Shown piece by piece: positions 1-13,160 of a DNA stretch of 64,000 bases. The translations under genes and the position numbers were made by a program. Source of the DNA: Ranitomeya imitator (lineage: Eukaryota); NCBI RefSeq assembly GCF_032444005.1, contig NC_091282.1:735816001-735880000 (forward strand), in the 5' to 3' direction. Below the pieces are notes generated by a model. It worked only from the letters and a program-made list of their open reading frames with translations, searched no databases and had not been told where the DNA came from. Each line of letters begins with the position of its first letter. Position 1 is the stretch's first letter.

Positions 1-150
1 GCAGCACATGACAGAACGGGCGCAGGATGGCAGCAGGATGGGAGCAGCACATGACAGAACGGGCGCAGGATGGCAGCAGCACATGACAGAACGGGCGCAG
101 GATGGCAGCAGCACATGACAGAACGGGCGCAGGATGGCAGCAGCACATGA
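1..150. repeat. ~29-bp minisatellite inside the Helitron
   Basis: Tandem copies of gcagcacatgacagaacgggcgcaggatg. Confidence 0.9.
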
Positions 151-211
151 TGGAGACCATATACCAATATAAATGCTCGCCACCCGGGCGTAGAACGGGT
201 TCAATAGCTAG
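1..211 (+). mobile_element. 3' end of a non-autonomous Helitron
   Basis: Subterminal hairpin ACCCG(182-186)...CGGGT(196-200), terminal CTAG at 208-211 followed by T. The body is the reverse complement of the element starting at 238. Confidence 0.7.
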
Positions 212-237
212 TATATATATATATATATATACACACA

Positions 238-1422
238 CTAGCTATTGAATCCGTTCTACGCCCGGGTGGCTAGCATCTATATTGGTATATGGTCTCCATC
301 CTGGTATGTGCTGCTCCATCCTGCGTCCCCATCCTGTCATGAGCTGCTCCATCCTGCGTCCCCATTCTGACATGTGCTGCACCCATCCTGCACCCCCATT
401 CTGACTTGTGCTGCTCCATCCTGCGTCCCCATCCTGTCATGTGCTGCACCCATCCTGCGCCCCCATCCTGCCATGTGTTGCACCCATCCTGCGCCCCCAT
501 TCTGTCATGTGCTGCTTCCATCCTGGCCCCCATTGTGACATGTGCTGCTCCCATCCTGCGCCCCCATTGTGACATGTGCTGCACCCATCTTTCGCCCCCA
601 TTCTGACATGTTCTGCACCCATCCTGCGCCTCCATTCTGTCATTTGCTGCTCCCATCCTGTGATGTGCTGCTCCCATCCTGCGCCCCCGTTCTATCATGT
701 GCTGCTCCCATCCTGCGCCCCCGTTCTGTCATGTGCTGCTCCCATCCTGCGCCCCCGTTCTGTCATGTGCTGCTCCCATCTTGCGCCCCCATTCTGTCAT
801 GTGCTGCTCCCATCCTGCGCCCCTGTTCTGTCATGTGCTGCTCCCATCCTGCGCCACCATTGTATTATATGCCCCCCATAAGATGCTCCATTATATATGC
901 CCGTATGCTGCTGATATATATATATATATATATATATTACCATACTCACCTATCGTCGCTGGGCGCCGAGTGCTGGGGGGCCTGAGCATGCGGGGACACC
1001 GGCGCGCTGTGGGGGTTAGGTGCCGGAGTCACCGCTAGCTCAGGCCCCCAGCACTTGCTATACTCACCTGTCTGTCCCGTTTCAGCGCTGCGCGCCGCCA
1101 TCTTCCGGCTCCTCTGGCTGTGACTGTTCAGTCAGAGGGCGCGCATTAAGCGCGTCATCGTGTGCTCTGAACTGGGAACGTCACAGCAGAGGACCCGGGA
1201 GACGGAGCCGCACGCAGCGCTGGAACGGGGGACAGGTGAATATACTCACCCTCCTGGCCGTCCCTGACTCTCCGGTGGAGATCGCGGTGTGCGTTCAGTG
1301 TTTACGCATACCGCGATCTCCTGGGAGCGTCACTCTGTGAGGCCCAGACTGCGCCGACGCTTGCGCTTGCGCAGTCTATAAAGGCTTCGGACAGAGTGAC
1401 GCTCCCAGCGTTATATTATAGA
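238..1422 (-). mobile_element. Non-autonomous Helitron
   Basis: On the minus strand it starts A^TCTATAATATAACGCTGGGAG at 1422 and ends hairpin+CTAG^T at 238 (A/T target, TC...CTAG termini). Confidence 0.7.
290..860. repeat. ~33-34-bp minisatellite inside the Helitron
   Basis: Tandem ccatcctgcgcccccattctgtcatgtgctgctc units. These explain the overlapping low-complexity ORFs. Confidence 0.9.
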
Positions 1423-2460
1423 TGCTCACTAAATGAGTGATGGCAGAAGACACTGTCAGGGGGACATTTTCTTGAAGACAGACTGCAGTATTAAAGAAAA
1501 TGGAGCCGAAAAGCGCAGACTGGTGCTTCAGGAATCGGCGTCTGCGCTTTCCGCCGCCATTTTCTTGAAAACACACTGAGGTTTCCCACAAAATGGCGCC
1601 GGAAAGCGCGAACTGCGCATGCGCCGATTGCGGGAGAAGGGGGCCATTCATTGCCCGGAGTCAGGGGGCCTAAAAGTAAGAAATCGCTGTGGCATGAAGT
1701 GCCATAGCGAAATGAGGGCGGGATCCTGTGAAGACGCTACCTGAATCTGTTCCACCGCCATTTTCTTTCTCCTTCTGGTGCCGGACTCGGCGCCTGCGCA
1801 GTCCGCGCTTTCCGGCGCCATTTTCTTGAAGACACACTGCTGTGTGTCTTCAAGAAAATGGCGCCAGAAAGCGCGGACTGCGCAGGCGCCGATTCCGGCA
1901 CCAGGACCAAGAAAATTGCGGCCGAAATGAATCAGGTGGCGTAAGTAACAAATAGCTGTGGCATGAAGTGCCACAGCCTCATGGCACAGCAATTTGTTAC
2001 TTACGCTACCTGATTCTTTTCCGGCGCCATTGTCTTGCTCCTCCTGGTGCCGGAATCGATGCCTGCGCAGTCCTGCTGTGTGTCTTCAAGAAAATGGCGC
2101 CGGAAAGCGCGGACTGCGCAGGCGCTGATTCCGGCACCAGGAGGAGCAAGACAATGGCGCCGGAAATGCCGTAAGTAACAAATTGCTGTGGCATGAAGTG
2201 CCACAGCCTCATGGCACAGCAAGTTTTTACTTACGCTATTTGTTTCGGGCGCCATTGTCTTGCTCCTCCTGGTGCCGGAATCGGCGCCGGAAAGCGCGGA
2301 CTGCACAGGCGCTGATTCCGGCACCAGGAGCAAGACAATGGCGCCTGAAACGAATAGCGTAAGTAAAAAGTTAATGTGACGGCGGATTATTTGCATAATC
2401 AGGGCGCACATATGTAGACGGCGTCCCCGTGCTCCCGACCCCCTGCTCTCGGCGGCATTT
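1423..2460. repeat. Tandem array of alternating palindromes (amplified foldback/MITE core)
   Basis: GC-rich palindrome centred on gacacactgctgtgtgtc (~1840) alternates with the palindrome gcgtaagtaacaaa...tttgttacttacgc (~1940-2006, ~2170-2235). Period ~230 bp, with deletions. Confidence 0.75.
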
Positions 2461-2714
2461 TCTATAATGTAACGCTAGGAGCGTCGCGCCTGCGCAGTCT
2501 ATTAAGGCTTCGGATAGAGTGACGCNNNNNNNNNNNNNNNNNNNNNNNNNNNNNNNNNNNNNNNNNNNNNNNNNNNNNNNNNNNNNNNNNNNNNNNNNNN
2601 NNNNNNNNNNNNNNNNNNNNNNNNNNNNNNNNNNNNNNNNNNNNNNNNNNNNNNNTACGTGGGCTGGGCAATATACTACGCGGACATGCATATTCTAGAA
2701 TACCCGATGCGTTA
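2461..2714 (+). mobile_element. Helitron segments (5' end and 3' subterminal part) separated and truncated by assembly gaps
   Basis: 2461 TCTATAATGTAACGCTAGGAGCG matches the 5' end at 1422. 2656-2714 is the reverse complement of 2912-2970. N-runs at 2526-2655 and 2715-2907. Confidence 0.5.
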
Positions 2715-2907
2715 NNNNNNNNNNNNNNNNNNNNNNNNNNNNNNNNNNNNNNNNNNNNNNNNNNNNNNNNNNNNNNNNNNNNNNNNNNNNNNNNNNNNNN
2801 NNNNNNNNNNNNNNNNNNNNNNNNNNNNNNNNNNNNNNNNNNNNNNNNNNNNNNNNNNNNNNNNNNNNNNNNNNNNNNNNNNNNNNNNNNNNNNNNNNNN
2901 NNNNNNN

Positions 2908-3733
2908 ATTCTAACGCATCGGGTATTCTAGAATATGCATGTCCGCGTAGTATATTGCACAGCCCACATAGTATATTGCCCAGCCACGTAGTATATTGCC
3001 CAGCGACAGAGTACATTGCCCAGTCACCTAGTATATAGCAGAGCCACGTAGTATATTGCCCAGCACAGAGCCACGTAGTATAGAGACTTTAAAAAAAACA
3101 AAAAAAAACATATACTCACCTATAACCCATTGAAGTCCTGCTATACTTACCATCCGCCGCCTTTCCCACTCCTCGCCACGCTCCCTCCATTGCAAGCAGC
3201 AGCTTGCGGTCCCAGGGCTGGTGTGAGCAGGACCTATGATGACGTCGCGGTCACATGACCGTGAAGTCACGGCAGGTCCTTGTCGCACACCAGCCCTGGG
3301 ACCGGACCGGAAGCTGCCGCTTGCAATGAAGCGGTCCCGGGAGCGTGGCGAGGAGCGAGAAAGGCGGCGGAGGGTGAGTATAGCAGGTTTTTTTTATTTT
3401 ATATTTTTTTAACATGACATATTTTTTACTATTGATGCTGCATAGCCAGCATCAATAGTAAATAGTTGGGGACACACAGGGTTAATAGCAGCGGTAACGG
3501 AGTGCGTTACACCGCGTTACCGCTGCCATTAACCCTGTGTGAGCGGAGGGGATTACGGAGCGGGCGCCGGGCAGTGAGTGCAGGGGAGTAGGGGAGGGAG
3601 TAATCGGACTGTGCCCGTCGCTGATTGGTCCCGGCAGCCATGACAGGCAGCTGGCGAGACCAATCAGCGAATGAATAACCGTGACAGAAGGACAGACAGA
3701 CGGAAGTGACCCGTAGACAATTATGTATATAGA
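2908..3733 (-). mobile_element. Non-autonomous Helitron (second family)
   Basis: Minus-strand 5' A^TCTATATACATAATTGTC at 3733. Subterminal 21-bp minisatellite (cagcccacgtagtatattgcc). The 3' hairpin region cccgatgcgttagaat runs into the gap. Confidence 0.6.
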
Positions 3734-6540
3734 TATATAGATATATATATATATATATCATTTTCACGTTTTTATTTGATATATTTTTATTGGTAATTTT
3801 AATTTTCTTTTATTAATATCTTACAAAAACAAAACAACATATAAAGACTTGGCATCACTGTCACAACAATGTAAAAGATTATGAAAATTCACCGCACTGC
3901 GGTGAATTTTCATAATCTATGCTTAGGACCTTTGGTCCATTACACCAGCACCTCGTGATTTTTGGGCTGAGTGCACGCTAAAAATTAATTTCTACAACAA
4001 TGTAATATGCAGGTAGTTCTGTACACAGTCTACAGAGGAAAAAAAGATTTTTATTTTTTTTTCTCCCCAATGAAATTCTGCTTTTATGAAATGTTGATAC
4101 AAATTAATGTGAACATTTTCCTGGTTCCAAATAATGTCTAGAAAATCAAAATAAACAGTTACTTCTATCCAAATTCAGGGTGAAATAAACAACAAAAAAT
4201 GTGATATTCTGTGTTTTCTTTTTTCAATATATCTTTCTTGTGGTCAGAGCCATGTTTTTCTGATCCAGTGCTCCACATCCTCACCGAGGCTTAGGTACAT
4301 TGTACCTGCAGCCACCACTTGGTCTTCAGAATAATGCTGCCTATAATGAGCTCCCTCTAGTGGAGGCTGCAGGTATCCCCTCGTTCTTCAACGCTGTGTC
4401 TTGCAGAGGTTTTGGAGCTGTGTATCAGAAAAAAGACTCCAGCAGCCATAAAGCCATATTCTAAAATGAATCTGCACAGAATTTTTTAACCTTATGATAA
4501 GATAGGGATAAACTTTTTAGGGTATAAGGGGCATTTAGTTCCAAAAGTAGGTAGGTTACTCATAGGCTGTAGTTAGATTTTCCTACAGGAAGAAATTGGG
4601 CAAACGGTAGGTGGTGGTCTCTTATACTGTCATCTGGTATTCGTCTCCATTTTTTTCTGACAAGTCGTATATGAGAATAGATTTCCTGGACGCAGTGTGA
4701 ATACAGCCGGTCTTCCTACAGATATAGGGGTAGTATTACATTTCAGGTATATAAAAACCATTGAAACCTTACTTTTAGACATGGGAAAGCAGAAGTATTA
4801 CTGGTCAAGTTGATTTTTCCCCAAAACTGTTGGGTTTGGCACAGTGTGTTTCTCAGTACAATAGTCCAACCACGGACGCACCACTCTTGGAGGGGTTTTA
4901 TTGTTTGGGGGTGTCTGAGCATCGTCTATGGAAAGTGTGTAGTATAGTATTCATGAGAACAACTGGAGGAAAATGGCTGCGTGAGAAAGTGAGCAGAAAA
5001 GTGGAGAGCGTTTCGCACGGCCCCTGGCACCGATACGAATCCGGCTTCTGTGACCATTATCTGGGGCGATAAAATTTCCATTTTTTGTGTGTGCAAAATC
5101 GACAAGCTTTGAAACCTTCACAACCAGCTTGCTGATGTAGAATATATTTTTCATTGTGATGGACAAACCTTTTGGTCCACTAATTGGATGGAGCGGTCAT
5201 GTGGCTGCACTGATCAGGGAGGCGATGGCCTTCCCATTATCAGTGCAGGATTGGCGGCACCTACTGGAGTGGCGGAGGATTCAATCGGTAAGGGTTACTC
5301 TACTATTGTAATATGTTATCTAGCCCATTTACAAAAAAAATACTAGAACAACCCATTTAACTTTTTTATTCATTTATTTTTCACCCCAAAATGCTTTACA
5401 AATATTGGTATTGGGGACTTCTATAAAGAGCGATGTACCTTGCCTATATCCTGCCATTCAGGCAGAAATTTGGCCCCTATGTCCCAAATTTACCAGTTTG
5501 CTCATACAGTAGAAAAGCAGGCGTGTCTCATATATTAGTGCTCAGTAAGATCTATTGGAAAAATAAGTCAAAAGTTTTGTAAATAGTAAAAAAAACAAAA
5601 AACATTTTCGAGTTTTTTGTTGCACTCGGAAAATAAAAAAGGTACATAATGTTTCACTGGGTAGAAAACTGAGTTCCCATTTACCTTCTGGGGCAGTATG
5701 TTTTATTCGGCCGGCCCAGGGCCTGGATATTTTTTTTTTTGGTATAGGAGTCGTAAGTGGTTTCCTATGTTTCTAATTTCCACCGTCAGTAAACTTGACG
5801 TGAGAACTTGTGATGTCATAATGGCAGACTGGTGATTGAGTGCCCCCTGCAGGGCTGGGACTCAGAAGAATGACCTCTGCCTTTGCCAAAGCCAATTAGG
5901 CCATCAATCATGTCATTTATTCGCTTGGCGCTGTTTATCTAACATGTCTTGTCACTGCATGTTTTTTCCTCATTATTGGTTGTTCAGTAATTTGATAGTT
6001 TTCCATATCCAAAGGGGGTTTATAACCTTAACCTTGTTGAATCATTAGGACCCAAAATACCTTCTCTTAGGGCCTTAAAGGGTTAAAGTTGCTTCTTGTG
6101 ATATCGCACCAAACTGCGCCTGTTGTGTCGTTTTTTTCTCTCTCGCTATTGATAAATATGTTTCCTGTGTCTTTTGGGGGACAGTATGTCACTTCAAAGG
6201 GTTAATGTTATAAATGACATAGGCAAGTTTTGATCCTCTTTCTATTTTGTTTTTAAAACCCCCTGGCCATGATAATGTCATATTTGGTGGGAAGTTACTT
6301 TTTCATATTTGCCATAACCCTTGTCATCAAGTGAAATCCTGTTGTAAAGTAAAATAAAATAAAAAAATAAACTTATATGTGTATCTATGTGCATATCCTT
6401 GTGTTACTTTGATGTACAATAACAAATTGTATTGTGAAACCGTGTTAGCCAGAAAAATCGATGTGAATACTTTTCTGCCCAATGATGACAGAAGTATTCT
6501 AGGAGTGATACCTTTATTGGCTAACCATAAAATATGTTTG

Positions 6541-6574
6541 CAAGCTTTCAGAGCACAGTGGCTCCTTCTTCAGG
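6541..6574 (-). ncRNA. Degenerate type-I hammerhead ribozyme motif in a short PLE-derived relic
   Basis: Minus strand reads CTGAAGA-A-GGAGC-cactgt-GCTCT-GAAA-GCTTG. Stem I is poorly supported. Confidence 0.45.
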
Positions 6575-6719
6575 AGTTCTTGTATTCCTGCTAAAGTAAC
6601 ACAAGAAGTAACACAATTTATAACTGGACTTCACTTGATGACGGGGGTATGTGTTACGTATAAATATATTATATGTCTATAGAAATATACGCACACGCAC
6701 AAATTGAACACTTCACTAA

Positions 6720-7800
6720 TTTTCTAAGTGAAATATATAGGTGCTATTGACATGAAATTCTCCCCAGATGTCGGTAACAACAAATCCAATCCACACAGTC
6801 AAAGGGATAAAACCATAGATGTCCGTAACGAAGCTATGTGTGATAATAAGACTTGACACAGGGAGAAATTGTTGAACACGCTTATTGAAATGTAATACTT
6901 TGTACAAAAGCCTTTGTTGGTGATGACCGATTCAAGATGCTTCTTGTATGGAGAAACTAGTCACAGGCATTGCTCAGGTGTGATTTTTCTTTCACACAAA
7001 CACTCTTCATAGAAGGAGCCCACGGAACCTTCTGGATGTGAACTCTGAGCTTCAGTTCCTTCCATACATTTTCTATTGGATTCAGGTTAGGTGATTGGCT
7101 CGGCTATTCTAGCAGCTTTATATTCTTTCTCCGAAGCCAGTTGAGTTTCTTTGGCCGTGTGTTTAAGAAAATTGAATTGCTGAAATGTCCAACTTCGTTT
7201 CATATTCATCATCCTGGTAGATGGCAACAGATGTTTTTTCAAAAATGTCTCAGTACATTTGTCTATTCATCCTTCCTTAAATGCTATGCAGTTTGCCAGT
7301 GCCGTGTCCTGAAAAATAGCCCCACACCATGATGTTCCTGTCTCCAAACCTCACTGTTGGTATGGTGTTTTTGGGGTGATATGTGGTGCCTTTTGGCCTC
7401 CAAACATGGTGTGTATTATGGTATTCAAAGAGTTCAATTTTGGTCTAATCTGAACATACTATATTCTCCCAGTATTTCACAGCCTTGTTTAAATGTTAAG
7501 CTAATTTAAACACGCTTCAATGATCTTTGTGTTTAACAATGGAGTCTTCCATGGTGAGTGTGCAATACAGGCCATGGAGGTTGCATGCATTTCTTATGGT
7601 TTTCTTTGAAACAATTGTACCTGTTGATTCCAGGTCTCTCTGTAGTTCTCCACATGTGGTCCTTGGCTCTTGGACAACTCTAATGATTATTCTTTTCACT
7701 CCTCTGTCTGAAATATCAAGGGGAGAACCTGGTCGTGGACGGTTTATGGTGAAATTATGTTCTTTCCACTTTCGAATTATGGTCCCAACAGTACTCACAG
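6720..7800 (-). mobile_element. Degenerate Tc1/mariner transposon
   Basis: ORF 7517-7834 encodes a Tc1 HTH segment (VSTVGTIIRKWKEH...RTTCGELQRDL). The terminal region at ~6720-6890 is the same family as 27040-27195. Confidence 0.85.
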
Positions 7801-7835
7801 AAGAAAAAATAGATAAATATATACTATAATACATG

Positions 7836-8610
7836 CAGTGGAATGGAAAAGTTTGTGCACCTCTACTGTTATTATGATCAGTTAAACAGATTGAAGATTA
7901 AATCATTTCTAAAAGGCCTAAAGATAAAGATGACACATTTCCTTCGTAATTTTTGCAAAAAATATAAATTTTCATCTTCTATATTTTAAAAATTGCAAAA
8001 AGGAAAATGGGCCAATGCAAAAGTTTGGGCACTCTGCATAGTTAGTACCTAGTAGCACCCCCTTTTGCAAGTATCACAGCTTGTAAACACTTCTTTTGTA
8101 GCCAGACAAGAGTCTTTAAATTCTTAGAAAATTCTTCCAGTTCTGTGAGATTCCTGGGTCGTCTTGCATGCACTGCTATTTTGGGGTCTAGCCACAGATT
8201 TCAAATGGTGTTCAGATCAATGGACTGTGAGGGCCATTGTAAAACTGTCAACATTTGCCTTTTGAGGTAGTTAATTTTGGATTTTGTCATGTGTTTAGGA
8301 TCATTATCCATTTTGTAGAAGCCATCCTCTTTTCAACTTCAGCTTTTTTTTACAGATGTCATGTTTGCATCAAGAATTTGTTGACATTTCATTGAATCTA
8401 TTCTTTCTTCTACCCGTGAAATATCCCTCGTGCCATTGGCTGCAACACAACCCCATGCTTAATGGTTGGCGAGATGTTCTTTTCCTGAAATTCTGTGCCC
8501 TTTTTTCTCCACACATGCCTTTGATCATTGTGGCCAAAAAGTTCTATTTTAACCTCATCGGTCCACAGGACTTGTTTTCAAAATGCATCATGTTTGTTTA
8601 GATGTTATTT
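7836..8610 (-). mobile_element. Second degenerate Tc1-like fragment
   Basis: Starts CAGTGGAATGGAAAAGTTTG and is followed by decayed sequence resembling a transposase C-terminus. Confidence 0.6.
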
Positions 8611-11600
8611 TGAATACTTCTGACTCTTTGTTTTATTGTTTTATTGTATGGTTCTGGTCATTACATTGTTCTGGTCATTACATTGTACTGTTCACTACAA
8701 TGAACTGGTCACTACAATGGCAGTTTCCAAATTTCACTCTGCAGCATCCACTGCTGCTTGTTTCTGGAAAACACCCATGGAGTCAAAATCCTCACTAGAC
8801 CTGTAGATACATTTCCAAAGGGGTAAAATTTCCAAAATGGAGTCACTTGGGGGGGGGGGGGGGGGGGATTCTGCTCTTCTAGCACTTAAGGGCTCTGTAT
8901 ATAGAGTCCACAAGCTATTCTAGGAAAATCTGCTCTCTGTCAGTCCCTCCTGAGTCTCGCCGTATTTCTAAGCAGTAGTGTACAGCCACATATGGAGTAT
9001 TTCTACATTCGGAAGAAATTGTTGGACAAATTTTGGTGCTATGTTTACTCATTTTCCAGTATTATAAAATCTGGAGCTAACACACAATCTTGGTGGTAAA
9101 AATGTAAGTGATTTTTTTTCTTCACTGCCCAATGGTATAAAATTCTGTGACCCATGTGTGGTGTCAATATGATCACTGCACCCCTATATGAATTCATTGA
9201 GAGTTGTAGTTTGTAAAATGTGGTTACTTATGGGGGATTCTGCTGTTCTGACACCTCAGGGGCTTTATCAATGTGACGTATCACCCCAAAATCTGAACTC
9301 CAATATGGCGCTTCCCTTCTGAGCTTTACACTGTGTCTCAAAAGTAGCTTTTGACCACATATGGGGTTTCTGTGTTCTCAAGAGAATTTACACAACAAAT
9401 TTTGGGTTCTATTTCCTGTTACCCTTGTGAAAACATAAAAATAACATTTTTGTGGGAATTTTTTTTTTTTTTGACGGCTCTACATTATAAATTTCTGTGA
9501 CTCACTTGGGGTTTGAGGTGCTCAACACACATCTAAATACATTCCTTGAGGGGTCTAGTTTCCAAAATGGTGTCACTTGGGGGTTTCCACTGTTCAAGCA
9601 CATCAGGGGCTCTCCAAACGCGACATGGCATATTTCAGCAAATTTTGCTTTTCAAAAAGTCAAATGGCACTGCTTCTGCTGCTTACTCTGTTATAGTGGT
9701 AATGTCCCTCAACTCTGTACTAATAACCCCCCATCCTGCTGTATATGGCCTCACTCAGGTATATAGGGCCTCCAATCCAGGTATACATGTTCCCCATCCC
9801 CATCCTGGTATACATAGCCACCATCCTGGTATATGTCCCCACCCATTTATAGATGGCCCCCATTATGGTGCACACATACAAAAAAAAAGTTCTTCTTACC
9901 TTTCTTCCTCTCCCACACAGCACTGCGTCCTGTGCTGATGCCAGCAGTTGATTTGAGCGTGTAACAGCGCTTGACGTCACTGCCATGCCCCCTAACATGC
10001 TGAGGTCAGCTGCTGGAATATTGACTCCTCCCCATGCCTGTGGCTTTGAGTGTGGGGAGCAGTGAATATTCATTGTCTTTAATAGCGGGCACACGTGACC
10101 TCCCAGCCACTGCAGGAAGCCGGTGGCTACGGCTAATAGTGTGCCCGCTATTAAAGAGAAGGAATATTCACTGCTCTACACGACCATAGTCCCTCCCACC
10201 CTGCAGCGCCAGCTTCAGTACATATAGGTGGGAGGGACTATGGGTGTGGGGAGCAGTGAATATTCATTTTCTTTAATAGCGGGTACAGTGTTAACCGCAG
10301 CCGCCGACTCTTTCCTTCTGTGACCCGCTGCTCCGCCGCTGCCGCCCCACCATCCACAGCCAGACTATATGATAAGGTACATCCCGCCTATAAGATGCAC
10401 CCCCCACTTTAACGTTTTTTGAGTACTTTAGCTTTGTCTAAAATAACGAGTGCTCGCTTACTAGTCCCTACTGCCCCCATTCCAAAGCTTCTCGGTCACC
10501 CACTTGTCCCTGAATTTCCTGTTGCATAAGATGGATTTGTGACTTCTGCAGCCAATCACTGTCCGCACTGGTGGCCATCACATTACTGCTACATCTGGTG
10601 ATTGGATGCAATCAAGGTTACTGGCAAAAGGGTGTCTAATGGCAAATAGTTACAGCTGCCTATACACATGACATAATTATTTCTCCTGACTCCTCCATTG
10701 CGCGCACACTGTGCTTGATTGAGCATGCAGCTTTATTTCACATGAGCAGTGGTACAAGCTATTGCCAAACACCTGTGCCAGGAGCTGATCCTACAGGTGG
10801 AATAAAGTACTGGGCCTGGTAAATCCAACATTCCTGATCTTTCTTTCCCTGACATTTGCACCCCCCCCATACTGGTTGTTGGTGTCTGGGGCACATACAG
10901 TCACAATACCTGGGCATTGTCCAGCTTCCACTCCTGTCAATGGAGATGGCTGAGAACAACATTTGCTACATTGTCACTACCTAATTTACTGTGTTTCCCG
11001 TGCTACAAACGTTTAGCATATCCCCTGTTGGATATTGTCATGTAGTTTTCTCCACGTCATTAATTGCTCTATAAGCTAATACTTCCAGGAACTCATTAAT
11101 TGCTATCATTATGAACAGAGCCTTACTCTAATACTGTATTACTGTAAGAAATTAATTCCTTTCTTAATTACTACAGATGTTCCAGCTTTTTGAATATTTG
11201 CGGTAAATTATAAAGGGGGGTACTAACATCCTATGAAGTGATGGCATACTGCTAGGTTACACTATCCCTTTTATAATGCTTTCTTGTAGCAATGTCCATA
11301 TATTTATTGCCAAAAAGAAAGTATCCCTATAGGGCAAACCCGAGAAAGCCTTTATAGGGGTGATGTCTGTGATGGGTTGTCTTGCTTTGGTTGAATGGAG
11401 GTACAGATCTCTGCGCAAGGGAGAATGGAAACTATCTTTAACGTTTAGTCAGGGAAAGCTTCCCTTCTGTTATGCTGATACCCCATTTATGGCTGAATTC
11501 AGATGTCTTTGTATCATGGTCCGAGTCCAGTCTGCAATGCACGGACCGGCCACAGATCTCCTTACCTGGTCTTATGTAGGCATATATGAAGCTGGCAAGT

Positions 11601-11888
11601 TTGGGCCAGGAGGCCCATGGCCAGTCCGTACTTGGACCATGAGATGTGGATGTGTGAATTTGGCTAAAGGAAGGAGGGATAAGAAAAAAAGAAAAGAACA
11701 ATTGATAGAAAATTCTAAATGTGATATCCCGGGACCAGAATCCTGGTCAGAATCCTGACATTAAAGTGGCCATCTTGTCCTGGCCTAATCAATCCATAAG
11801 ACTTTTACTTGTCTCTGTGATTTACCTTTTATGATTCAGTTGTAACAAATGTGTATTTATTTGTATCTTTTTTTTTTTTTTTATGTAG

Positions 11889-12010
11889 GGTCAACATGTT
11901 TCTTCTATGCCAGTCTCAAAATTGGAGGAAACTTTGTATCGATATCAACCTGTTTACATAGAAATGTACGGCCCATCAGTTCCCGAAATAGAAGTGCTGA
12001 GTAGAATGGG
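11889..12010 (+). CDS. Internal coding exon of an unidentified host gene ([41 protein letters not shown])
   Basis: Long poly-T tract + TAG acceptor and G|GTAAGT donor. Only one of the three frames is open. Phase 0 in, phase 2 out. Confidence 0.7.
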
Positions 12011-12682
12011 GTAAGTGTATTTTTCTGTTAGTACACGTGCTGACAACTTGGAATCATTCACGGACATAAGCCGTCTATAGGAAGCCAAGTGTCAAATATA
12101 TACATGGTTAATTGGCGAACATCTGGTTCAGTAAACAATGTGCCGACCATGGGACGTGTAGAATTTTGCTGTGACGTTAGTGAATCTTTTAGAGCTTTGA
12201 AACTCAGCCTTACACTATGTAAAATAAGCTCTAAACATTTTAACACATTCTGTGGTTTCTACTAGCAATCATTTCAGAGGCAGCTCAGAAAAGCTAAGCC
12301 TCGCTTGTAATTAAGGCACAGTCCACTCTAAAGTGAAAAAAAAAGGAAAAAAAATATCTAAAAGCCGTAATCCGCCATGTTGTTCTTGTTGATGGAGTCT
12401 TTAAAAAACACTGTTTTGATCATTAAAGCACGCCTCGCTTCCTTTTACCACGCTTCATAGTGGTTTCCTTGCATGATGACAAATTGTCCATAGTGACTGC
12501 GCCTCGGATAAGTCCAGACATTACATTGCTGCAGTGGTGGCGACACTGGACTCAACACCACGGCTGTGGCATGAGATTGGCCTTTGCAGTTACTTGGGAT
12601 GTCATACGTAAGGAACACGTAGGGAGGAGAGATATAGGAAATTGGAAGTTGTTGACTAGATAAGAAATGGTTAAGGTAGTTA

Positions 12683-13160
12683 CCGTATTTATCCGATTAT
12701 AAGATGCTCCGGATTATAAGACGCACCCCAAATTTTCATGAGAAAAATAGGGAAAAAAACTTTAATAAATAAAATGGTGGTGCTTCTTATAATACATGCT
12801 TCTTATTGCTTACCGGGGGTGGTGGCTGCGGTGAAGCGAGGTCCCAGGGTCGCTGCTGGAGGAGGCAAGAGTGATGTGTTGCCGCAGGCTGGGATGAAGG
12901 GGGTGTTCCTATGTGTGGCACGCTGCTGCGCTGTGTCCCGGTGGTGGTGCTGCGCTGTGTCCCAGTGGCGGTGCCAACATTTTGTGAAAGTCCTGGGCGG
13001 CGGTGGACTCTGGGAAAATGGCCGCTGGGAGGCGGCGCATGCGCAGATGCCACTGTGGACACAGCACCGCCACCGGGACACCCTCAGCGGCACGTCGATA
13101 AGGTATATCTGCATTATAAATTTGGGGGAAAAAGTGTGTCTTGTAATCTGAAAAATATGG
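12683..13160. mobile_element. Tc1/pogo-type MITE
   Basis: TIRs CCGTATTTATCCGATTATAAGA / TCTTGTAATCTGAAAAATATGG, with TA on both sides (12681-82, 13161-62). Confidence 0.75.

Noticed and set aside
270-1038. Overlapping ORFs of 66-147 aa
   Set aside because: They are translations of the 33-34-bp minisatellite: low complexity, open on both strands.
1376-2411. ORFs with repeated KKMAPESADCAG
   Set aside because: They are products of the palindrome array, not genes.
5130-5290. Candidate exon ending at a GTAAGG donor near 5288
   Set aside because: Two frames are open, the acceptor is weak and neither peptide is recognisable.
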